Origin: a virus | Lineage: Duplodnaviria; Caudoviricetes | Length of the DNA: 64,000 nucleotides | IMG/VR virus record: IMGVR_UViG_3300034157_000065 | Span: 64,001-128,000 of that record | Direction: 5' to 3' (one strand) | In this document: positions 40,644 through 50,126 of the stretch, in pieces | Layout of the letters: every line of letters begins with the position of its first letter | Numbering within the stretch: position 1 is the stretch's first letter | Translations under genes and position numbers: made by a program | The notes under the pieces: model-generated | Seen by the model: only the letters and a program-made list of their open reading frames with translations | What the model was told of the DNA's origin: nothing | The model's database searches: none

Positions 40644-41162
40644 ATGGAAAAAGTTAACGATAGTTTCAGTTCTGTTATGATGTCATGCACAAAAAATGTA
40701 TTGTTAACCATAGCAGGTATTTGTTTGGTTTATTTTTCGTTCCTATTTGTAACTGATAATTGGACTTCTATAAGTAACAATTTCATGTCTTTTTTGATGA
40801 TTTTTAAACCTCTTAAAACGTTCCTATTTGAACACTTAGGTAAAATATTTATAGGTTGGTTAATTCTTTCAGTTTGGAGTTGTTGCATTCTCTACAAAAT
40901 TGAAGTCTCAGATGTTACAATTAAGACTCCTGCTGCTTTAAGTGCCCTCGCATTCATGCTCATACCTACTGGCAGTTTGATCTTATTTATGTCAGCTACG
41001 GTTTTGGATTCATGGTTTATCAGTGCAGTCTGTGTTATTATTGCTTTCCTAATGTTATTCACTTTTTTGATTATATCTTCTTGTCTTTTGTTTCCGGGGA
41101 CACTAACCCCCGTAGAAAGTAGTCCAGAACAGTTAGATTTATTCAACAATACACCGCAATAA
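40644..41162 (+). CDS. 4-TM membrane protein with C-terminal QLDLF motif (paralogue of 41287)
   Basis: four hydrophobic segments; SPEQLDLF at 41130-41144. Confidence 0.8.
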   Translation: MEKVNDSFSSVMMSCTKNVLLTIAGICLVYFSFLFVTDNWTSISNNFMSFLMIFKPLKTFLFEHLGKIFIGWLILSVWSCCILYKIEVSDVTIKTPAALSALAFMLIPTGSLILFMSATVLDSWFISAVCVIIAFLMLFTFLIISSCLLFPGTLTPVESSPEQLDLFNNTPQ

Positions 41163-41286
41163 TTGATAAAAGGCATTCTTCGGAATGTCTTTTTTTGTTT
41201 TAAGATAAATGTTTATTTACACGACCCATTGTTGACTTTTTTTTTATCAATAATATTATATAGTCAACTTATTGGAGATATAATAT

Positions 41287-41820
41287 ATGGATGAAGTTAA
41301 AAAGAGTGTCACTTCTGTTATGCTGTCATGTACAAAGAATGTATTGCTGGCAGTGGCTGGTATTTATTTATTTTATCTTTCTGTTGGCTTTATTGCTAAC
41401 AACTGGTCTTCAGTTGCTAATGTTTGGTCAATTATTGTAACTAATGTCAGTTCTTTTATGACTGTTTTCGTTCCATTTAAAGATTTCTTATTTGAACACT
41501 TGGGTAAAATTTTTACAGGCTGGTTAATTCTTTTTGTTTGGACTCTTTGTATTATTGTTAAATTGGAGTACCACAATACTGATGTACCCACCGTATTTCC
41601 TGTTTTATTTTTTATGCTAGTTCCTGTTGGAAGTATTATTTTATTTATGGTAGCCAGTGCTTCAACCGATGACGCTCTAACAGTATTTTCCATTTTTTTT
41701 GGAATTTTACTCTCTTGTTTTTTTCTATTGCTTTGTGGTGTTTTCTTAAATCCTGATCCTGTTGTTCCAAAAAAACAAGTGAATTCTCCAAAACAATTAG
41801 AATTGTTTGATAAAGATTAG
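41287..41820 (+). CDS. 4-TM membrane protein with C-terminal QLELF motif (paralogue of 40644)
   Basis: shares SCTKNVLL and FLFEHLGKIF.GWLIL; SPKQLELF at 41794-41808. Confidence 0.8.
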   Translation: MDEVKKSVTSVMLSCTKNVLLAVAGIYLFYLSVGFIANNWSSVANVWSIIVTNVSSFMTVFVPFKDFLFEHLGKIFTGWLILFVWTLCIIVKLEYHNTDVPTVFPVLFFMLVPVGSIILFMVASASTDDALTVFSIFFGILLSCFFLLLCGVFLNPDPVVPKKQVNSPKQLELFDKD

Positions 41821-41911
41821 TTCTGATTTATAATAAATTGACGCTTTCCTAGCGTCTTTTTTTTGCTTTATTGGTTTTGACATGCTATTATAGCGACAAT
41901 CAAAAAATATT

Positions 41912-42541
41912 ATGAGGTCTTCAATAGTGATTAATTTAGTTACCGACAAACCAACCATTAAAACCATTAAATCAGGTTTGAATTCAGAACACATTGAACA
42001 TCATGCCGTTCGGATTGATCACTGGGTGTATAATGCTCAAATCTTCCGCGATTTGCAGATGGATAATAATGGGTTCAAACCCCCTGCTGACATTCTTAAT
42101 TATCTTTATTGTGCTTCTTACAATGACTTTTTAAAAGCCTATAACATTACCAAGAGTAGTTTTGTTTTTGATACCTTCAGACGTTACAAACATTACGCCT
42201 TGGAATACCAAAAAGGATCAGATACCTATTACTTTACCGTTAGCTATAATTCTGAGCGTGGCATGGATATCATCTTTTATCCACACATGATACCTTCTGG
42301 TTTTGATGCTAGGGCTTGGAACGAGTTTGAGGGTGAATTGTATTTACAATATGCAAACCTTATGTATTATTTCTTGTCAGAGTTTTATGCATCAATTTTG
42401 AATCATTTGTTTGATACTTATGATGTTAATTCAATTATTGATAATTTCTCAAAATCATACCGCAATTCAGCCGGTGCTGTTGCTATTTTGACTGAGTTTG
42501 AACAAACTCGTGATATTACTTTAATCATGCCAAAATTGTAA
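41912..42541 (+). CDS. hypothetical protein
   Basis: 209 aa; ends TLIMPKL (borderline tag match). Confidence 0.75.
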   Translation: MRSSIVINLVTDKPTIKTIKSGLNSEHIEHHAVRIDHWVYNAQIFRDLQMDNNGFKPPADILNYLYCASYNDFLKAYNITKSSFVFDTFRRYKHYALEYQKGSDTYYFTVSYNSERGMDIIFYPHMIPSGFDARAWNEFEGELYLQYANLMYYFLSEFYASILNHLFDTYDVNSIIDNFSKSYRNSAGAVAILTEFEQTRDITLIMPKL

Positions 42542-42640
42542 CCAATATGATTCATCAATGACGTTCTTCGGAGCGTCTTTTTTTTGCCTTATTTTTTAGA
42601 TTATGGTATAATAACTCATCATTTTACAGAGATTATCAAT

Positions 42641-43018
42641 ATGCAACCAAAAACAGAATGGACAGACTCGCAAGTGAATGCGAACATTGCCCTTCGTGGT
42701 AGACTTTATGTCTCAGGCTTTCTGTTGTCTGGTGTGCTTAAAGATATTCGTGCTGGTATTTTGGAAGCTCGGGTTAACCTTCATTACGAAGATGATATTC
42801 CAGTTGGTGTTGCTGTTCTTATCACGGATGGCGTTCCTACTAACTATTTATCATCTTATTATGATTTGATGATCTTTGTCCGCACCAGTTATCGTAATCG
42901 TGGCATAGGTAAAAAACTCATTGATGAGATGAAAGTATCCACTAGCTTGAAAGTGGGTCGTGGATCTCGTTATAGCTGTAATTTCTGGCACTCACAGGGG
43001 TTTTACCCATATGAATAA
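42641..43018 (+). CDS. GNAT family acetyltransferase
   Basis: FVRTSYRNRGIGKKL, FW..QGF. Confidence 0.78.
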   Translation: MQPKTEWTDSQVNANIALRGRLYVSGFLLSGVLKDIRAGILEARVNLHYEDDIPVGVAVLITDGVPTNYLSSYYDLMIFVRTSYRNRGIGKKLIDEMKVSTSLKVGRGSRYSCNFWHSQGFYPYE

Positions 43019-43559
43019 TACCAATCAAATTATCAATATTATTATTAGCAGTTTTGTGACTGCTTTTAAAAACAATCGACTCAATGGTTTAGAATTTAAC
43101 TTTGATTTTGAACCCATGAAAGAAGTGTGTGCGTATTTCGACGCTAAACCTGTTGGTGCTTATGGCTGCTTTACTTTTGAACTCGATGGGAAGACTATTT
43201 TTGTCTACAGCACCTATGGCGATTCTGATGCTGCAGAACATGATGAAGAAGAAAACGAAGATGGTATGGTCTTTGGTATTGTCAGTATGGGTTTTTGTTT
43301 TTACCTCGATAAGTTCATTTATTGTTTCGATTTAGACGAATGTGGCACTATTATTCGTTTTTTCAAAACAGTTCAACCGTTCAATGGCACACCGGATATG
43401 TTTAGTGGTAAACGTCCATTCTATCATTATCGGGATAAACAGTCTTTGTCGATGCAGGGGTTTGATAAGAATCTTAATCTTGATGAGCATGAAGAAGCCC
43501 GTAAGTGGACAAGTGGCCCAAGAACTCAGTTTAATCTTGAAGAATTTTCCATTTTGTGA
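43011..43559 (+). CDS. hypothetical protein
   Basis: overlaps GNAT stop, AGGGG RBS. Confidence 0.75.
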   Translation: MNNTNQIINIIISSFVTAFKNNRLNGLEFNFDFEPMKEVCAYFDAKPVGAYGCFTFELDGKTIFVYSTYGDSDAAEHDEEENEDGMVFGIVSMGFCFYLDKFIYCFDLDECGTIIRFFKTVQPFNGTPDMFSGKRPFYHYRDKQSLSMQGFDKNLNLDEHEEARKWTSGPRTQFNLEEFSIL

Positions 43560-43591
43560 TATCATTAGTTAAATAATTTGAGGACGCCCCA

Positions 43592-43897
43592 ATGAAAACT
43601 CATTATCTTTCTATTTTCAACCGTGACACCACTACACTTAATCGCACTTGTGTGACTGACCCTACAACCAGCCTGCTTAAAGTCAATGGCGAATTGTCTG
43701 ATGTCGTCTATGCTGCAGCTAAATTCATTGTAACGGATGGTGTGTTGGTTAAAATCAATGAGGGTGGTCGCTATCCTAAGTGCAACATCAACGAAGCACT
43801 CACACCAGAACAGCTTGAAATCATGGAATCTAACTACTCAAAGACAACCACTAAGCATTTGGATACGTCAGATAAAATTGAGGCTATTTTGTCATGA
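43592..43897 (+). CDS. hypothetical protein
   Basis: GAGG RBS, 101 aa. Confidence 0.75.
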   Translation: MKTHYLSIFNRDTTTLNRTCVTDPTTSLLKVNGELSDVVYAAAKFIVTDGVLVKINEGGRYPKCNINEALTPEQLEIMESNYSKTTTKHLDTSDKIEAILS

Positions 43898-44325
43898 ATA
43901 CCAAGCTCAAAAAAGAAGAAGTGCAACTCTACAAACCGAAGTTTCGGAATAGAACCCATGCACGAATGGAATTTTCTGATTGGCAGAAAGAACTCAATCG
44001 GAAAATTAGACAACAAATGCCCACTGAGCTTTGTTTTCGTGTGGCTATTCGTGATCACTTTCTTGATCGTTTGATGGATCGAGAAGCTGATCCTCGGCAT
44101 ATCAAAAAACTGATTGAAGACACCATTCAGAAAAAAATGTGTGAAATTCTTTTTTTTGGTGCTTTAAATAAAGATTTTCCACGCATGGTTTTTACGGATA
44201 CGATTCACCATGTGATGACAACGTGGTCAGAACATGACCGAACTATCATTTTACGTTCTTATGTTCTTAATAATGATCGCCATGTGGGACTTAATCCAGA
44301 GTTTACCTTAAACCCTCATATTTAA
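43894..44325 (+). CDS. regB: RegB-like endoribonuclease
   Basis: HFLDRLMDRE vs recalled T4 RegB HLLDRAIQRE, with colinear similarity at both ends; similar length. Confidence 0.65.
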   Translation: MNTKLKKEEVQLYKPKFRNRTHARMEFSDWQKELNRKIRQQMPTELCFRVAIRDHFLDRLMDREADPRHIKKLIEDTIQKKMCEILFFGALNKDFPRMVFTDTIHHVMTTWSEHDRTIILRSYVLNNDRHVGLNPEFTLNPHI

Positions 44326-44392
44326 ACATTTTCATTGCATAAACCATTTTTTACTGGTATAATCTTGCAATCATACTATTGGAGATTTAACA

Positions 44393-44785
44393 ATGTTTAA
44401 AGAAATGTCTCAACCAACTCAAGCTCTTATCGTGGAATCACTTAACAGTGTTGTTACTAAGCTCACTTGTTTCAATGGTGATATTGCTGTTCTGATGGAA
44501 GATGGTGCTGAACCCTACCAACGTATCAATGATGCTGTGACTGATAAGCTTGAAAGCGTTATTGAATTGTTTACCGAAGAAGGCCATGTGATTGATGAAG
44601 TCGATGCCTACGCCAAAATGGTTGTTCTGAAAGCTCTGAACGACCGTATTAAAGAACTTGAAACTTCCATGACTTACTTTGCTCAGTTTGGCGATACTTT
44701 GCCAGTTGAAGAAGTTATTTATGCTTATGAAGGCAAAATCAAAGCTCTTTTTGGTGCTCAGATGGAATTTTTGACTGCGACATAA
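44393..44785 (+). CDS. hypothetical helical protein
   Basis: TGGTATAAT, GGAG RBS. Confidence 0.8.
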   Translation: MFKEMSQPTQALIVESLNSVVTKLTCFNGDIAVLMEDGAEPYQRINDAVTDKLESVIELFTEEGHVIDEVDAYAKMVVLKALNDRIKELETSMTYFAQFGDTLPVEEVIYAYEGKIKALFGAQMEFLTAT

Positions 44786-45031
44786 TAGACGACACATTGT
44801 TTAAAAAGACCATCTTCGGATGGTTTTTTTATTGTTATTTTTCATAAGGTGTATTATAATACAAGCCTAAATCACAACCATGAGTTTAAAACTATGCCTA
44901 ATTTTAATGTAGATGACGTTGTTGCTGATTTGACCGTTTGTATGAAGAAATTGCAGTATAATTTTGTTGACGAATATTGTTAAATTTGATAATATTGACA
45001 CGTAAACAACCAATCAATAAAGGTGAATAAA

Positions 45032-45169
45032 ATGCAAGGTTCATTTGGTGATGCAACAGAACGTTTTCGGGGTGGTAAGAAAAAAGACACCGAAAAGGCT
45101 AAACATAATCGTCAAGATCAAAGCTTTCGCAACAAACGCCGTAAACGCCACGCTTCGCTTGAGGATTAA
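45032..45169 (+). CDS. small highly basic protein (45 aa, not in ORF track)
   Basis: AAGGTG RBS; RGGKKK...RNKRRKR. Confidence 0.6.
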   Translation: MQGSFGDATERFRGGKKKDTEKAKHNRQDQSFRNKRRKRHASLED

Positions 45170-45172
45170 ACA

Positions 45173-45457
45173 ATGACTAAACGTGTAATTACTATTAAAA
45201 AAGTTGGCAATGCCAATAATGTCATGTATCGAGATGTGCTTGTTGGGTGTTTCGAAGATGGTGATACAGAGACGCTGGCTATGATTATTGATGGAGCCAT
45301 TGATATCTATATTGCACGTCAAACTTCAAAAGCAGACTCTATGGCAATTGTTCGTGAAGCGTGCGAAAAAGTGGCCGACATTGCTTATGAAATGGGCCAG
45401 AAAGGTCATAACAAGTCCATTTTGAAACGTTTTATTGCTGAAAAATGCACCTTGTAA
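45173..45457 (+). CDS. hypothetical protein (paralogue of 45489)
   Basis: V.Y.D...G...DGD..T...I..A.D shared. Confidence 0.8.
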   Translation: MTKRVITIKKVGNANNVMYRDVLVGCFEDGDTETLAMIIDGAIDIYIARQTSKADSMAIVREACEKVADIAYEMGQKGHNKSILKRFIAEKCTL

Positions 45458-45488
45458 GTTTTTCCCCACTTTCAACTGAGGCTGAATA

Positions 45489-45752
45489 ATGAACCTTATC
45501 ACAATTACACATTTGCCTATGCAACAAGTCAGTAGTGTTTATTACAAAGATGCGTTTATCGGCCTTGTACAAGATGGTGATTTTGTTACTATGCAGCGAT
45601 TGATGAACGAAGCAATGGATCGTCATGTTAAAAAAGAAAAAGAGAAAGGAACTACAGCTCTTTTGAAAGTGGCTCGTGCTGTTTATCGTCTTGATCAAGA
45701 TGAAGTTTCTGAGGCTAGAATGCTTGAAATGGTTAAGGAAGCCTTCGCATGA
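45489..45752 (+). CDS. hypothetical protein (paralogue of 45173)
   Basis: same motif; GAGG RBS. Confidence 0.8.
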   Translation: MNLITITHLPMQQVSSVYYKDAFIGLVQDGDFVTMQRLMNEAMDRHVKKEKEKGTTALLKVARAVYRLDQDEVSEARMLEMVKEAFA

Positions 45753-46222
45753 AGTATATTTCGCTGTCTAACAATGCACAAGCAGTGGCTAGTGCATTGG
45801 GCATTCAAAGTTATAAAATCAAAGATACTATTCTTGATGTCTTCAAAACGATGGAAATTAAATATCCTAATTTTGACGACTGGTTTGGGAAAATCTTCGT
45901 TGAAGTTTTAATGGAAGACGTTCGTCGTGACATTATTCTGGCTATGGATGGAAATAAGATTGCTGGCATCCTTATTTTGAAAGATATGGATGGCGAAAAG
46001 AAAGTTTGCAACATTGTTGTGCTTCCTGAATATCGTAAACAAGGCGTTGCTACTGAGCTTTTTGAGTTGGCTTTTGAATACCTTGGCACTAGAAAACCGA
46101 TGATTTCGATGTCCCAAGATCTTGTTCCAAGTTTTGCAGCATTGATTCGGAAATACAAATTTAAATTGACCAACATTGATTACACCTACAATAAAAATAA
46201 GATAGAATTTTACTACAATTAA
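45749..46222 (+). CDS. GNAT family acetyltransferase
   Basis: KVCNIVVLPEYRKQGVATEL. Confidence 0.82.
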   Translation: MKYISLSNNAQAVASALGIQSYKIKDTILDVFKTMEIKYPNFDDWFGKIFVEVLMEDVRRDIILAMDGNKIAGILILKDMDGEKKVCNIVVLPEYRKQGVATELFELAFEYLGTRKPMISMSQDLVPSFAALIRKYKFKLTNIDYTYNKNKIEFYYN

Positions 46223-46270
46223 AAGAAAATGGTTGACTTTGTGTTGGTGTTACACTATAATTATCAAATC

Positions 46271-46354
46271 GCGGAAATGGTGGAATGGCAGACACTCTGG
46301 TTTTAGGTACCAGTGCCGCAAGGCGTGTGGGTTCGAGTCCCACTTTCCGCACCA
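46271..46354 (+). tRNA. tRNA-Leu(TAG)
   Basis: GCGGAAA/TTTCCGC acceptor, CTGGT-TTTAGGT-ACCAG anticodon arm, long variable arm, GTTCGAGT, ACCA; promoter TTGACT-17-TATAAT (46233-46261). Confidence 0.97.
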
Positions 46355-46432
46355 GTTTATATAAGGCTCACAGTTGTGGGTCTTTTTTTTAACTATTTGT
46401 TGGTATCTTCAATAATTTAAGAGGTTGTTATT

Positions 46433-46642
46433 GTGCCTAAAACCATTCCACTAACCAGAAAGAAAACTAATCAATTACTTTTTGTAGCTGTTTTTTCTTT
46501 TGTTGGTATTTTTATTGGTATGATGATTTTTGGGATTAGTGTCCATCATTTCAACAATCAAAATTCAAGGTATAACACCAATTCTGACAAATCTCAGGAC
46601 TTGATCAAATCTTTCTTTTTTCAAAAAGGAAGTGGTAAATGA
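46433..46642 (+). CDS. small single-TM protein
   Basis: GAGG RBS, GTG start, one TM. Confidence 0.6.
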   Translation: MPKTIPLTRKKTNQLLFVAVFSFVGIFIGMMIFGISVHHFNNQNSRYNTNSDKSQDLIKSFFFQKGSGK

Positions 46643-47142
46643 TTATTCCTGTCTATCATGATTTTGTCGAAAAATACAAACCCGTAAACCCATTTGAAAG
46701 AGATCCTTATGGTGCCGGTGGTTGGATGACTAATGACAGCTATTATGCTATTCATAAAAAATCCCGTTTCATTGATGTTCATGAAATGTTAAATAGCTTA
46801 TATGAAGATAAATTAGTCAGTTACATCCGTACAGATACTCGCTTAATGTCTGTTGAGCAATTTGAGGATCGATTTTCTATTTTTGATTCCATTGCTAACT
46901 TATGTTTCAATGACAAAGCTACTATGCGATTGTTAATGAAAATGGATATGAACTTGATGAAGCCGGGTCACTGGGTAGACGATTTAAATGTCCCGCACTA
47001 TGCATTAACTCCAGTAGCCTGTCCTATTGATATGAATATGGATATTTATTTTAATACCAGTAGACGACCTTATGAGGAAGTCCGTAAAAACATTTATCTC
47101 GATATTTGTAAAGCCTACATCAATCTCTTCATTCCAGATTGA
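46639..47142 (+). CDS. hypothetical protein
   Basis: ATGA overlap, 167 aa. Confidence 0.75.
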   Translation: MIIPVYHDFVEKYKPVNPFERDPYGAGGWMTNDSYYAIHKKSRFIDVHEMLNSLYEDKLVSYIRTDTRLMSVEQFEDRFSIFDSIANLCFNDKATMRLLMKMDMNLMKPGHWVDDLNVPHYALTPVACPIDMNMDIYFNTSRRPYEEVRKNIYLDICKAYINLFIPD

Positions 47143-47191
47143 GTCTTTTCTTCGTTTGTGTTATAATCAACGAAATCTTAGAGGAACTACC

Positions 47192-47770
47192 ATGACCAGT
47201 CTTGATCTCATTTTGAAAAATATGATCCTTTCTGCACCCCATCTTTATCCAACGACTTGGCAGTGTTATGCCTCTATTTTCCTTGATGTGAACTCTGGAT
47301 TTATGTTTGCTAACTCCGAAATTCAATGCCCCTTTGAAGTCAAAGAAAGTCCTGTTATCAATGAGCGATATCTTGAACTCTACAAAACGCTGGCTGTCAC
47401 TGAAACAGGTGAACTGGATTATGGCATGAAGTTGTTGATGAATGATTTCATCAAAGAAAATATTGATGTGATTGTTAATACAAAATGTGTCTATATCGAA
47501 TACCTTAAGCCCTCTCTTGATGATTTAGCTTTATGTTTGGATGAATCCCCTGTCTGGTTGATTGATGATTCTTATCCTGTCGATGTCTTTAAAGCCGCTA
47601 TTGATGTCTTGGAGAAGGTGAAACATTTGCTTTGGAATCATTATGGCCTACATCATTGCCTTACACGTCCTATTGAGCGTGCATCGTGGCAAGAAGTGTG
47701 CTATCATACAGCCTATGTTAAAGTCTCTGAGCGACTTGAAACCCTTAAACCACAAAGGATTCCAGCTTAA
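47192..47770 (+). CDS. hypothetical protein (N-terminus similar to 47770)
   Basis: GAGGA RBS before ATG 47192. Confidence 0.8.
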   Translation: MTSLDLILKNMILSAPHLYPTTWQCYASIFLDVNSGFMFANSEIQCPFEVKESPVINERYLELYKTLAVTETGELDYGMKLLMNDFIKENIDVIVNTKCVYIEYLKPSLDDLALCLDESPVWLIDDSYPVDVFKAAIDVLEKVKHLLWNHYGLHHCLTRPIERASWQEVCYHTAYVKVSERLETLKPQRIPA

Positions 47771-48354
47771 TGAAAGCCATTACTGTCATTAACTCTATCA
47801 TTGCTAAATATAACTTGTCCTTTTCCACTCGTTGGCGAGTAATGGAACACCTTTTTCTGGTGAATGGCAATGGCTGTTATTGGACATCCGATGGGTGTCT
47901 TGAAGGCAATGCTGAACATTATCAAGAAACTGATCTGGGTGAGAATAGAATTATTCAGTCGATGAATGAAATGCTGGAACTCACAAAAGATTATGACATT
48001 CCTCAGATGACAGATGCCTATCATTTGCAAATCAGATTTGAGCAAAGTCTTGATAAATTCAAACAAGCCAACATGAAGAAAATTGCGGCTAATCAATTCT
48101 TTTTCTTTGACAGTCAGATCCCTACATTTCAAGACCTGTCCCGTGCTTCGTTTAACCATCTGTTCTATGAAGTGCCTGATAACGTTCAACCTGACTGGAA
48201 AGCCTTGATTGTTGAAACGGCTTGTATTGTCCAGAAAGGCATTAAGGGCAGTTACTTTGTTTCTGGCCCTTTGACTGAACCAGAATCGTGGAGTAACCCA
48301 CAAGCATTTGCCGTTTACATGGCTGCAGAGAATCAGCTAAAATCTCTAAAATGA
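47770..48354 (+). CDS. hypothetical protein
   Basis: TAATG coupling, 194 aa. Confidence 0.8.
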   Translation: MKAITVINSIIAKYNLSFSTRWRVMEHLFLVNGNGCYWTSDGCLEGNAEHYQETDLGENRIIQSMNEMLELTKDYDIPQMTDAYHLQIRFEQSLDKFKQANMKKIAANQFFFFDSQIPTFQDLSRASFNHLFYEVPDNVQPDWKALIVETACIVQKGIKGSYFVSGPLTEPESWSNPQAFAVYMAAENQLKSLK

Positions 48355-48423
48355 TTTCTTAGTCTATTGATTTTTCGTCCTACTGTGTTATAATGGCCTT
48401 CTTAATTAGGGAGGGTCATTGTC

Positions 48424-48915
48424 ATGTCGAAAAATCATGAAATCGAAAATCTTGAAGATAAAATTTTCACGACCTTACGCCGTCATGGGAACTATTCTAT
48501 CCCTAAAAATGCGGTGAGCATCTACGCACCTATCCTTACTCTGCTTACTAAAATGAGTGAAGATGGCTTGGTAGTGCAAACTGAAAACCCTAATAACATT
48601 ATTTTCAACACGACAGAAAAAATGGATCAAACAGTTGTTATTCGTGGTGTGACTGCAGATAAAGTCCGTACAGGATTCCACCTTTGCCGTCAAAAGAATG
48701 ATGAAGTTGTTGCACAGGTTAATTCTCGCAACCGTGAAGTTTATATTAAGGATATTGACTTTCTTGGTGTTGTTCAGTCTGTGGAAACAAAAGAAGTGCC
48801 TGCTAATATTTGGGAAAAGCTTACTTTTAGAAAAAACAGCTTGAAAACAGTGATTAAATTCAAATACAAAACACTGGTGGTGTCTCCTGAAACTGAGTTG
48901 ATGAAAGTTCGTTAA
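48424..48915 (+). CDS. hypothetical protein
   Basis: TGTTATAAT, AGGAGG RBS. Confidence 0.8.
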   Translation: MSKNHEIENLEDKIFTTLRRHGNYSIPKNAVSIYAPILTLLTKMSEDGLVVQTENPNNIIFNTTEKMDQTVVIRGVTADKVRTGFHLCRQKNDEVVAQVNSRNREVYIKDIDFLGVVQSVETKEVPANIWEKLTFRKNSLKTVIKFKYKTLVVSPETELMKVR

Positions 48916-49048
48916 TTCTTATGATATCGTCATAATATCAATATAATTAAAATATAAAAAAATGATGGCAATTCATCTAGAACAAGCATTTCGGTGCTTG
49001 TTTTTTTTTAAATGCATAGTTATACTATTTTAATTATGGAGATTTACA

Positions 49049-49369
49049 TTGTTTAAAATTATTAGTTTATTTGGCATTATAGCCTTCTTATCTGGGTGTG
49101 GTGGTGATACTGTAATCAGTGAAGCCCCGCGTGAATTTATCGTTTTGGAATACGATGAACCTTATGGTTTTAGTGTTACGCTTGAAGACCTGATTACTCA
49201 TGAGATCTATAAAGATGTTTCAGTTTCCAGAACGTGTGATGATTACGCAAAGCTAAAAATTGATTCCATCTGGTCATTCCCTGTGACGACTTATGTGGAC
49301 AATTCTGGCACATCCTATTCCGTTGTAGATGCTACTGATTTATGCGATAAACTAGAAAAAATGCTGTAA
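49049..49369 (+). CDS. lipoprotein
   Basis: lipobox FLSG-C, GGAG RBS. Confidence 0.75.
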   Translation: MFKIISLFGIIAFLSGCGGDTVISEAPREFIVLEYDEPYGFSVTLEDLITHEIYKDVSVSRTCDDYAKLKIDSIWSFPVTTYVDNSGTSYSVVDATDLCDKLEKML

Positions 49370-49416
49370 AAACTTCTATATTCATGGTATAATTAGGCAT
49401 TCTTCATGATAAAAGG

Positions 49417-50103
49417 ATGTCTACCATGATTTCACTTAGCCCTCAATTAAACGGTCCTTTGAGTAAAATTAAAGAACTCATCAAACGTTATAAACTTTCA
49501 GAGTTTATTATTTCAGCATTTGTCCATGAAACCATTTGTATTGTTGTTATGGCCGGAGTTTTTGCCTATGGCCTTGATGTTCAAAGCCGTGAGATTATCA
49601 CCTTTACTGCTTTTAATGGTATCACCTCCTTTTGTTTGTTTTTGTTCATTCTTTGGATGACAACTAAAGCTCAGCTTCCCGATCATTATTACAGTTGGTC
49701 AACAGCTATCAATTATGGGGCTGCTATTTTGCTGTTACCTTATGCTTTGTTTATTGACCATAAGGCTATGATAGCTATTTCAATGATCTTTTTCTTTGTG
49801 AATATTTTTAACTTGTGTGTCCTGTTACACATTTTGAACTTTCGATCAAACTATTCTCATGATTGGAGTGCTTTGCGAAAACTTACCACTGTTAAAAATC
49901 ATTTTAAGTTCAAGCTTTCAATGGGCCATAAATTAAATGTTATCATGCCTAATGGTTTCGTGACTATTTACTTTGATACACTTTCCTTTAATGGTGTAGA
50001 TTATGATTTGTATCATCTCACCAAATACTTTGAAACCCATGATCTAGATTTATACACCGCCACGGATGATGATTTTAAACTGTTTGAAATGATCCGATAT
50101 TAA
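49417..50103 (+). CDS. 4-TM membrane protein, C-terminal tag family
   Basis: 4 TMs + soluble tail ending DDDFKLFEMIRY. Confidence 0.8.
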   Translation: MSTMISLSPQLNGPLSKIKELIKRYKLSEFIISAFVHETICIVVMAGVFAYGLDVQSREIITFTAFNGITSFCLFLFILWMTTKAQLPDHYYSWSTAINYGAAILLLPYALFIDHKAMIAISMIFFFVNIFNLCVLLHILNFRSNYSHDWSALRKLTTVKNHFKFKLSMGHKLNVIMPNGFVTIYFDTLSFNGVDYDLYHLTKYFETHDLDLYTATDDDFKLFEMIRY

Positions 50104-50126
50104 TTACGTTAACTAAGGGTTTACCT

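Noticed and set aside
41912-42541. Fourteenth member of the C-terminal tag family (209 aa, Met at -4)
   Set aside because: TLIMPKL lacks the -7 aliphatic and -5 charged residues and has Pro at -3; left as borderline.
46161-46352. Minus-strand ORF over tRNA-Leu, and ORFs 60763-60948 and 60882-61124 over tRNA-Cys
   Set aside because: Shadow ORFs of tRNA genes.
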